From NCBI RefSeq assembly GCF_000021965.1, contig NC_011832.1, forward strand, positions 1,993,242 through 2,025,241: a stretch of DNA of 32,000 bases, in the 5' to 3' direction. The notes below the pieces were generated by a model. That model was given only the letters and a program-made list of their open reading frames with translations, did not search any database and was not told the DNA's origin. Within the stretch, counting starts at the first letter, position 1; the number at the start of each line of letters is the position of its first letter. This document shows, piece by piece, positions 25,229 through 32,000 of this stretch. This DNA is from Methanosphaerula palustris E1-9c. Its GTDB lineage: Archaea; Halobacteriota; Methanomicrobia; Methanomicrobiales; Methanospirillaceae. The translations under genes and the position numbers were made by a program.

Positions 25229-26230
25229 TCAACCCCGCGCCCATGGCGGATACCACCGGATGAAGTTGATCTTCGGCCCGGTCTGATGCGTCCGCTTGTA
25301 ATCCGCGTCTGCCGGTTTCTTGAAGATGTCCATGGCCGTGAAGCCACCGCTCCGCGGATCTGGTGTCGGGGTGACCGACGGTCCCGGCGTCGGCGTGACT
25401 ACGGTGAAGTCCCCGATGACGATCTTCAGTGGGTCGAGATGCACCATCAGCACCGGGTAATAGGTCTCGACATAGAGCCGGTCGTCCCAGAGAATATCGG
25501 ACGTGACCAGATGCCCCCAGGTCCCGTCCCGGTTGGGGAGGATGACCGAACGGCCGTACTTGTCGGTGGCGTTGTCATAGGCCAGGATCACCCAGTATTT
25601 GTCCTGCCGGGTATAATCGGTCCAGATCACGTCCCCGGCATGGTACCGGGGCGTTCCATGCGCAGATGTCGGGATGGTGGTCACCACAGTCGTTGGGACC
25701 GGGGTCGGGGTGGCTCCTCCCGACGTGGCAGAGCAGACGCTGATGACCGTCCCGAGGTCGTCGAAGAGGGTGGCGGTGTCCCCATTCTGGTTCCAGACCG
25801 TGCCGTTCAGTCCCCAGTAGAGGCTGGTGGCGGAGTTGACGCCGGTGCCGGTGTAGACGATCACTGTCGCACTCGGCTGGAGGGTGAAGTTCGGGAATGT
25901 ATAGATCTGTGAGATCCCGCTGTTCACGATGAACCAGTTATCCAGCGGAACCGGCAGGGTGCCGTTGTTGACGAGGGTCACGGCCTGGGCCAGCACATCC
26001 AGGTTGGTGACATGGATGTCGTAGTGGGACCCGTCAGAGACGAACGGCACCGGGGTGGAGGTGACGGACTCAGTGGTGTTAACTGGAATGACAGTATTCA
26101 CCGGTATCGAGGTAGTGACAGCGACCGTGGTGATATTCACCGTGGGTGTCTGGGTGGTATCAGCTGCCACTGCAGGGGAGAGGCAGATGAGCAGCAGGAT
26201 CAGGATCCCGGACAGGACGAGGGTTCGCAT
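25229..26230 (-). CDS. Secreted lamin-tail-domain (LTD) protein with an unknown C-terminal domain
   Basis: MRTLVLSGILILLLICLSPAVAA is a signal peptide. VTLVNNGTLPVPLDNWFI...YTFPNFTLQPSATVIVYTGTG...LYWG...VWNQNGDTATLFDDLGTVIS is LTD-like, with T/P linkers. The ORF is open to 26305, but M26 (26230) gives the signal peptide. Confidence 0.7.
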   Translation of the reverse strand: MRTLVLSGILILLLICLSPAVAADTTQTPTVNITTVAVTTSIPVNTVIPVNTTESVTSTPVPFVSDGSHYDIHVTNLDVLAQAVTLVNNGTLPVPLDNWFIVNSGISQIYTFPNFTLQPSATVIVYTGTGVNSATSLYWGLNGTVWNQNGDTATLFDDLGTVISVCSATSGGATPTPVPTTVVTTIPTSAHGTPRYHAGDVIWTDYTRQDKYWVILAYDNATDKYGRSVILPNRDGTWGHLVTSDILWDDRLYVETYYPVLMVHLDPLKIVIGDFTVVTPTPGPSVTPTPDPRSGGFTAMDIFKKPADADYKRTHQTGPKINFIRWYPPWARG

Positions 26231-26470
26231 AGTATCAGAATGAAGGAGAATATCACAGCGCAAGACAAAAAAGGTTGTGATGAGGTTGTGATAATGATGT
26301 TCCAAAACTCACTCTGCAGATGCTGTCGACTCCGACTCCACCTGGAACTGAGGAATGCCCGTCTGCAGTTGGTTCATTATCCCGATTGCCAGTACCTAAC
26401 CCTTGCCAATTTTTTGCTCCCGATAGTTGCCCGCATGGTCGAATGATACCAGTGACCCGGACAAACAATG

Positions 26471-26755
26471 TCACGGGAGCCAGATATCTCCGAACTCACC
26501 GGCGTTCTCGTCGACCGGGAACGAGTCGGCCACAGGCCGGGTCCGGATCTGCACCGGGCGCACCGGCTCCGGGTTCTGCGTGGACTCTCCAACAAACTCC
26601 CCGCACCAGCAGTCCTCACGCACACGGGGAAAAGCACAGGTGCGGCGCAGGGAGAAGACCGGCGCCCGGCGCCGGCACTCTCCAGCGGTCGACGGGTATA
26701 TCCCTGCATGATAATATTGACAGTCTTTACAGCAGATCTTCGCCATCAGGTCCAC
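26471..26755 (-). CDS. Small cysteine-rich protein
   Basis: The 94-aa ORF has CCKDCQYY...GECRRRAPV...FPRVREDCWCGEF, a C..C / G.CRR.AP / FP.V..D.WCGEF pattern. It has better coding character than the overlapping plus-strand R/P-rich ORFs. Confidence 0.5.
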   Translation of the reverse strand: MDLMAKICCKDCQYYHAGIYPSTAGECRRRAPVFSLRRTCAFPRVREDCWCGEFVGESTQNPEPVRPVQIRTRPVADSFPVDENAGEFGDIWLP

Positions 26756-26912
26756 TCATACCCACGATCACGCGAGCGTTATGGAACAATTCGCTTTGAA
26801 GAATAAGTGTATTCCGATCGAGGCGGGCTGGAGAGATGATCGATCCAGGAGAAAGGCGAAAAAGACTCTTTAACGCTGCCGACCATACCATCTCCATATT
26901 ACAGGAGAGACC

Positions 26913-27482
26913 ATGTCGATACCCTTCATAACTACGATCAAAGGAATGACCATCGCACCTGTCCAGACCCTGCTGGAGCAGAAAGAGACGACGATTCAGG
27001 ACATGTTGCTCTACTACCTTGAGATCAGCCTGGCCTTCTCTCTCCTCTGTACCATCGTGGCCGGACTGCTCTCCTCTGTAGGAGTTACGACGGCAGTGGA
27101 CCTGCAGGTGCCCGTCTCTCTGCTCATCTACCCGGTCACCCTATTCGCAGGAATGATCATCTCCCTCGTCATCATGGTGCTGGTCTTCCATGGCTGCGCA
27201 CGGATCGTTGGCGGGGATGGGGAGTGGACAGACACCCTGCGTGCCGTCGCCCTCTCGTCGACACCGGCGGGAGTGATCGGTTGGGTTCCGATCGTCGGAT
27301 CGATCATCGCTGACATCTGGTCACTGGTGCTGATGATCGCAGGAGTCAGGGACTATCACCATCTCACCACCAGGAGGGCTGCGATCGCCGTCCTGCTCCC
27401 GGTTGGAGTTATCTTCGTCCTTGGAATCCTGGCCGCCGCCTACCTGATGGTTGGATCCTCCACCCTGCAGATGCCCAGTTGA
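26913..27482 (+). CDS. Yip1-domain integral membrane protein (paralog A)
   Basis: The 189-aa ORF has 5 predicted TM segments and GGDGEWTDTLRAVALSSTPAGVIGWVPIVGSIIADIWSLVLMIAGVRDYHHLTTRRAAIAVLLP. AGGAGAG lies about 4 nt upstream of the ATG. Confidence 0.75.
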   Translation: MSIPFITTIKGMTIAPVQTLLEQKETTIQDMLLYYLEISLAFSLLCTIVAGLLSSVGVTTAVDLQVPVSLLIYPVTLFAGMIISLVIMVLVFHGCARIVGGDGEWTDTLRAVALSSTPAGVIGWVPIVGSIIADIWSLVLMIAGVRDYHHLTTRRAAIAVLLPVGVIFVLGILAAAYLMVGSSTLQMPS

Positions 27483-27515
27483 GAGGCTGAGATCACGACA
27501 ACACCATTCATCACA

Positions 27516-28043
27516 GTGATCAAGGAGATACTCGTCTCACCAGTCGGCGCATACCACGACCACAGCCGGATGCCGACATCGGAAGCGCTCGTCTACTACC
27601 TGCAGGTGGTGATGGCCTACGCATTCCTGACGACCGTCGTGGGATTGCTGACAGGCACGGCCCTCTTCTCGTCAGGGGCAGCACAGACCCCGCCCTATGC
27701 CGTGGTGCTGTACTTCTTCGGACTGCTCCTCGGGTCGTGCGCCTGGGCGCTCTTCCTTGGGATCACTGTTCACCTCACCTCACGGGCCCTCGGTGGGTCA
27801 GGCTCGATGAAGGAGACCCTGAGCGCCTGTCTCCTCTCGTTCACCCCGCTGATGGTAACCGGCTGGATCCCGCTGATCGGATCTTATATCGCCGACATAT
27901 GGTCGCTCTCCCTCTTCGTCATAGGGATCCGGGAGGTGCACGCCCTCTCAACCAGGAGGGCGGTGCTGGCCGTGGTTTTACCGCTCGCGCTCCTCTTCAC
28001 CCTGCTGGTCCTGACCTTCATCTACCTGATTCCAACCCTGTAA
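27516..28043 (+). CDS. Yip1-domain integral membrane protein (paralog B)
   Basis: The 175-aa ORF is collinear with paralog A (GGSGSMKETLSACLLSFTPLMVTGWIPLIGSYIADIWSLSLFVIGIREVHALSTRRAVLAVVLP). The called start is GTG, and homology continues upstream of it. Confidence 0.7.
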   Translation: MIKEILVSPVGAYHDHSRMPTSEALVYYLQVVMAYAFLTTVVGLLTGTALFSSGAAQTPPYAVVLYFFGLLLGSCAWALFLGITVHLTSRALGGSGSMKETLSACLLSFTPLMVTGWIPLIGSYIADIWSLSLFVIGIREVHALSTRRAVLAVVLPLALLFTLLVLTFIYLIPTL

Positions 28044-28060
28044 AGGGGAGCCGGCCCCAG

Positions 28061-29290
28061 TCACCGGTCTCCATACTGGTTGATCGTACAGATCAACTCC
28101 CGGAACCCGTCGAGCTCGATCTGGAGCACCCCGGTCCGAGTCATCCCCATTGAGGTCTCGCCATCCGCCGTCAGCATCTCTGGACCCCGGACGACCGTCC
28201 GCTGCACCCCATCAGCCGAGAGGATACGGACTGCCTCAGCATCATGCACAAACGCACGTCCCGGGATCACCACGGTCTCCTCGAGATCAGATAGATCGAG
28301 CGCTTCGAGATCCCGGATCGTGATCAGGCATGCGATCTCCTGCGCGACAGGAACCACGGTGGCCCGGTCTCCGCGCTGCTCAAGCACAGATTTCAGGAAC
28401 GGGGCCGCCACGGCACCGGTGATCACCGAGGCCGTCCCGGAGATCCGCGGCAGCTTGTCGATCAGGTCGGGCTCACTCAGGATAGCGAATGGAGAACCGA
28501 ACTCAGGGTCATAGAGGGGTGTACCGGTGATCTTCATGGCAAACGCATCGCTGATGTCATTGACCAGTTGACGGAACGAGTCGACACTCTGCGTCCTCGC
28601 ACCCTCCATCACCGGTGCGTTCCCGAGGATCAGTCCCTGGTCGGCGGTGTTCGCAAACCGCATCAGGATCAGCCCCTTGGCCCCGCGGTCTTCGAGCCAT
28701 TCGCAGGTCTTGTACAGGGTATATCCGTCGTTGATCCCTGGCAGGATCACAGCCGCCGCGTAGAGATCGATCTCCCCGGCGAGTTTTTCGACCACGTCCA
28801 GCGAGACCTCCGGGGTCGGGTCGTGCATGTACTGCTTCCGGAGATCGGCGTTGGCAGCGAAGAGCGTGAACGAGACCTCGGAGAGGCCGGCGTCGATCAT
28901 CTTTCCGGCGATGGCCGGGTCATCGAACCCTTTCCCGCTGGTATACCCGATATGGAGTGGGGCCTCCATCGCACCGAGCACATCAACGAGGTCCCCGAAG
29001 TGCGGATAACAGCTTGGGTCGCCACCGCCGCTGATCGTGATCCTGGTCAGGTCCCCGTCAGTCAGCTGAAGATCTGCCAGTGCCGCATCGGTCACATCGC
29101 GGAACGACCGGAACCCATCGTACTGCTCCCGAACCATGCTGGTGCAGTACTGGCATCCGACCTGAAACGGAAGGCAGTGCCGGCATCCGAGTGGGGCCGG
29201 GTCCCGAACATGCTTGAAGTAACAGTACTCACAGAACCCGCGGCAGTCAGCGCCCGGGCGTCCGCCGATATCCACAGTCAACTGACCCAT
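28061..29290 (-). CDS. mmp10: Methanogenesis marker protein 10 (Mmp10): radical-SAM methyl-coenzyme M reductase arginine C-methyltransferase
   Basis: MGQLTVDIGGRPGADCRGFCEYCYFK carries CX3CX2C close to the N-terminus. A second Cys cluster CRHC...CQYC follows, and the length is about 409 aa. The track ORF's Arg-rich 56-aa 5' extension to 29458 overlaps the upstream gene and is rejected. Confidence 0.8.
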   Translation of the reverse strand: MGQLTVDIGGRPGADCRGFCEYCYFKHVRDPAPLGCRHCLPFQVGCQYCTSMVREQYDGFRSFRDVTDAALADLQLTDGDLTRITISGGGDPSCYPHFGDLVDVLGAMEAPLHIGYTSGKGFDDPAIAGKMIDAGLSEVSFTLFAANADLRKQYMHDPTPEVSLDVVEKLAGEIDLYAAAVILPGINDGYTLYKTCEWLEDRGAKGLILMRFANTADQGLILGNAPVMEGARTQSVDSFRQLVNDISDAFAMKITGTPLYDPEFGSPFAILSEPDLIDKLPRISGTASVITGAVAAPFLKSVLEQRGDRATVVPVAQEIACLITIRDLEALDLSDLEETVVIPGRAFVHDAEAVRILSADGVQRTVVRGPEMLTADGETSMGMTRTGVLQIELDGFRELICTINQYGDR

Positions 29291-29334
29291 TCCTAGAGAA
29301 TCAGTCAACAGAGGATTAATGGGTTGTGTATACC

Positions 29335-31365
29335 CTACCGCGAGGCGAGGATTGCCCCGACCACCCGGAAGGCCACCTCGAGGTCGGTGAAGTTCTCGAC
29401 CCGGTGATCGCGAAGGATCTGTACCCCGGCGGCGACGCTGTCGCCGCCGAGCAGACACCCGACGACCATCCGGTCGGTGCCTTTTGAAAATTTCACCACC
29501 TCACGGGCCAGGTCGGCCAGGTCGACGACCGCCGTGGGGACGGCGATCACCACGGCGATATCCCAGAAGTCCCGCCGTTCGATCAGCAGGTCAAAGACCC
29601 GGGCAAACCGGTCGGTGCCGGCGTCCCCGACGATATCCATCGGGTTCTGGTGATTCCATTTATCCGGAAGGAACTGGTTCAGCGCCGTCAGCACCTCATC
29701 GGGGAGAGGGACCAGGTCGATCCCGTTGAGGGCCGCGTAGTCGGAGGCGAGGACGGCAAATCCCCCGGCGCTGGTGATGACGATCGTCCTCCGACCGGCA
29801 GGGTATCCCTCGGAGACGAGGAGCCTGCCGGCCAGAAATGCCTCGGTGAGCGATCGGGCCATCACGACGCCGGCCTGGGTGAGCGCGGCCCGGTAGACCG
29901 GGTCGTCACCTGCCAGGGATCCTGTATGGGATGAGGCCGAGGTCCGTCCGATCGCCGATGAGCCCGCTTTGACGGCGATCACCGGTTTGGTCACGGTGAT
30001 CCGACGAGCCACCTTCAGAAACCCGCACCCGTCCCGCAGTTCCTCGATATAAAGGATCACCGCCTTTGTGGCAGGATCCTGTTCTGCCAGTTTCAGATAG
30101 TCCTGGAACCCGAGGTCAGCCTGGTTACCGACGCTGGCCACCAGGGAGAAGCCGATCCCGACCGGGAGCGACCAGTCGACGATCATCGTGATCACTGCCC
30201 CGCTCTGGGAGATGAACGCCAGATACCCGCCCTTCGGGGTCACCGGATCGAAGGTGGTGTTGATCCTGGCACCCGGAAGCATGATCCCGAGGGAGTTCGG
30301 GCCGACGACCCGGATCGAATTCGCTGTGGCCAGCGCGATCACCTCTTCCTCGAGAACCCGGCCGGCCTCCCCGGTCTCCCGGAACCCGGCCGAGATGATC
30401 ACGGCAATCCGAACCTGCTTTTTGGCGGCCTCCCGGATCACCCCCGGCACCGCGGTGGCAGGGACGGTCACGACCACCATTCCCACCGGCCCGGGGATGG
30501 CCAGCAGGGATGGATAGGCCTTCCTGCCCAGGATCTCCGGATAGTGCGGGTTCACCGGGTACAGTTGTCCCGGGAACGAGAGCAGGTTTCGAAGGACCGC
30601 GTACCCGATCTTGGCCGGGTCGGCTGTCGCCCCGACGACCGCGATCGCAGAGGGGAGGAAGAAGGAAGGATCCACCAGCGCGTGCTCGCTGCACGCGGGA
30701 TAGATCCCCTCAGGATCTTCGTAAAACCGTGCGTCCACAGCGACCGCCTGATCCCGATAGAGGCGGAGCGGGTTGATGTCGAACTCGGTGATGGTCGGTT
30801 CCGAACCGAACCAGGTGGTGATCGCAAGGATCAGGTCGACCAGCAGTGCTTCATCGAGGGGAGGACTGGACCGGAAGCCCCTGATCAGCGGGTACCCCTT
30901 GATACCCCGAATCATGCTGGAGACATCGTCCCGATCGACCGGGAGCACCCGGATCGTGACGTCATGGATCAACTCGACCAGGACGCCGCCGAGGCCGAAG
31001 GTGATCACCTTCCCAAAGGAAGGGTCGGTCCGGCCGCCGATGAACAGTTCGAGCCCTGGCCGTACCTGCTCTTCGACGAGAAAACCCTCGATGACAGCCC
31101 CGGGGATCGCAGCAGCCACCTGTGTCGATATTTGTTGGTAGGCTATCCTCACCGCAGCCCGGTCGGAGAGGTTCATCACCACCCCGCCGGCATCGGTCTT
31201 GTGAACCACCTCCGCCGAGACGACCTTGAGCACCACCGGAAACCCGATTGCCTCTGCCGCGTCCTCCGCTTCTGGAGTACTCGTAACCCGCCGGTGTTGC
31301 GGGACCGGTACCCCGACCCTGCTGAGCAGGGCATATCCCTCATCTTCACCAAGCAGTCGCTTCAT
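29335..31365 (-). CDS. ADP-forming acetate/acyl-CoA ligase family protein, fused subunits in beta-alpha order
   Basis: The N-terminal ~230 aa are ATP-grasp (beta) (GFPVVLKVVSAEVVHKTDAGGVVMNL, FGLGGVLVE, EFDINPL). The CoA-binding/ligase (alpha) part follows (SAIAVVGAT...VNP, ISAGFRETG, GPNSLG, ISQSGA, phospho-His motif ASSHTGSLAG). Confidence 0.85.
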   Translation of the reverse strand: MKRLLGEDEGYALLSRVGVPVPQHRRVTSTPEAEDAAEAIGFPVVLKVVSAEVVHKTDAGGVVMNLSDRAAVRIAYQQISTQVAAAIPGAVIEGFLVEEQVRPGLELFIGGRTDPSFGKVITFGLGGVLVELIHDVTIRVLPVDRDDVSSMIRGIKGYPLIRGFRSSPPLDEALLVDLILAITTWFGSEPTITEFDINPLRLYRDQAVAVDARFYEDPEGIYPACSEHALVDPSFFLPSAIAVVGATADPAKIGYAVLRNLLSFPGQLYPVNPHYPEILGRKAYPSLLAIPGPVGMVVVTVPATAVPGVIREAAKKQVRIAVIISAGFRETGEAGRVLEEEVIALATANSIRVVGPNSLGIMLPGARINTTFDPVTPKGGYLAFISQSGAVITMIVDWSLPVGIGFSLVASVGNQADLGFQDYLKLAEQDPATKAVILYIEELRDGCGFLKVARRITVTKPVIAVKAGSSAIGRTSASSHTGSLAGDDPVYRAALTQAGVVMARSLTEAFLAGRLLVSEGYPAGRRTIVITSAGGFAVLASDYAALNGIDLVPLPDEVLTALNQFLPDKWNHQNPMDIVGDAGTDRFARVFDLLIERRDFWDIAVVIAVPTAVVDLADLAREVVKFSKGTDRMVVGCLLGGDSVAAGVQILRDHRVENFTDLEVAFRVVGAILASR

Positions 31366-31578
31366 AAGGGCTATCAGGTACGCAGAGACGGTTATACCTT
31401 TCCTGCAGGGTGTATCGCGACCCTGACCGACAACCAGGATAGGTCTCGATCGTCATCAGGTAGAGCCAGTAAACTCCCCATTTTCCGGTCAGGTACCGGT
31501 GGGGGATAAATAAGGATATGTACCGGCATCCCCCATCTGTATCCAAAGGAAGACCTCTTTATCTCCCCGGAATTTCAG

Positions 31579-32000
31579 ATGAACCTCCTTCCTGTTCGTA
31601 GCCCTCGGAGAGTATCTTCTCGGATCACGCATCAACCAGTTCGCGGTGATCGGGTTGATCCTCGTCGGGATCCTGGTGGGCCCAGTGCACTGACTGGATC
31701 ACCCTATACTGACTTTATACAGAGCCTCGCCCATCCTGGAGTGGTCGTACTCCTCTTCGTCATCGGGTTTGAGTTCAACCTTCGCGAGATCGTGCATCCG
31801 AAAATTTTGCCATCGCCCTCGTGGGAGTGATCGTGCCCTGGTTCTGCGGTTGGGGGCTTGCCGTTCTCTTCGGCAACAGTTCAGCCAGTGCGATCTTCAT
31901 CGGCATCCCCCTGACGGCTACCGGTATCGCCATCACCACGAACGTGCTCGGAAAACTGGATAAACTCCACACCGAGGCGGCCAAGGTGATCATCGGGGCG
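31579..32000 (+). pseudogene. Cation:proton antiporter (Na+/H+ exchanger/Kef-type) with multiple frameshifts; continues beyond the window
   Basis: Family-typical peptide is spread over three frames. They read FLFVALGEYLLGSRINQFAVIGLILVGILVGP (frame 2), PSALTGSPYTDFIQSLAHPGVVVLLFVIGFEFNLREI (frame 1) and NFAIALVGVIVPWFCGWGLAVLFGNSSASAIFIGIPLTATGIAITTNVLGKL...AAKVIIGA (frame 3, open to 32000). Confidence 0.65.

Noticed and set aside
26320-26806. Several overlapping plus-strand ORFs (159, 94 and 112 aa) and a 110-aa minus ORF around the Cys-rich gene
   Set aside because: Their Pro/Arg/Ser/Gly-rich translations are not protein-like. The minus-strand Cys-pattern frame is the only one that looks like a protein.
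16609-28043. Idea that in-frame TGAs (NERD split, Yip1 A/B junction, GNAT debris) reflect TGA recoding or selenocysteine
   Set aside because: TGA is the ordinary stop of well-conserved genes here, including pdaD, the RFC-like gene, the MTase and NMD3, all with normal C-termini. I saw no SECIS-like hairpin. TGA is simply the expected nonsense codon in GC-rich DNA.
29291-29458. 56-codon 5' extension of the Mmp10 ORF (MSARRRQRRRRGTDPSRS...)
   Set aside because: It is Arg-rich and low-complexity, and it overlaps the 3' end of the upstream synthetase. The radical-SAM CX3CX2C motif belongs near the N-terminus, which fits the ATG at 29290.
28568-31509. 242-aa and 321-aa plus-strand ORFs opposite Mmp10 and the acyl-CoA synthetase
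   Set aside because: These are shadow ORFs of high-GC coding DNA. The opposite-strand genes have strong motif evidence.
1-32000. Search for CRISPR arrays, rRNA/tRNA genes, IS elements, integrases and long direct or inverted repeats
   Set aside because: I found no regularly spaced repeats, no GTTCRANYC-type T-loops in a tRNA context, and no transposase or integrase-like ORFs by eye. A computational scan (tRNAscan, CRT/minced, self-dotplot) would be needed to be definitive.

Overview
High-GC archaeal chromosome segment, almost certainly from a Methanomicrobia-type methanogen. This is inferred from Mmp10, archaeal MptD aldolase, pyruvoyl arginine decarboxylase, pantoate kinase with phosphopantothenate synthetase, NMD3 and RFC. 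Positions 1-11 kb are a tightly packed, almost entirely minus-strand housekeeping string with 4-32 nt gene overlaps: PdaD, a PurM-like protein, an RFC small-subunit paralog plus SAM-MTase, the archaeal CoA pathway trio PPS/PoK/CoaBC, Taw2/Trm5, NMD3, DUF424, TatD and MptD. Positions 11-16.6 kb encode exported proteins: an S8 protease, a 5x PEGA protein, an MBL-rhodanese fusion and a chagasin-type inhibitor lipoprotein. Positions 16.6-28 kb look like an accessory, decaying patch. It holds a NERD nuclease-like gene split by a frameshift and an in-frame TGA, a DJ-1-like protein lacking the nucleophile Cys, zinc-ribbon paralogs, and an LbH acetyltransferase without a usable start. It also holds a low-GC ~0.9 kb patch with DUF2164 and a broken GNAT, an EFR1 ferredoxin followed by a decayed copy of itself cut off by a bacterial-type carboxylesterase gene, a lamin-tail-domain exoprotein, and tandem Yip1 paralogs. 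The right end carries Mmp10 (the McrA arginine methylase) next to a domain-permuted ADP-forming acyl-CoA synthetase, and a cation/H+ antiporter with three frameshifts. I found no rRNA, tRNA, CRISPR array, transposase or integrase. No single clear novel system stands out; the best leads are listed as findings, and all functional calls come from motif reading, not database searches.
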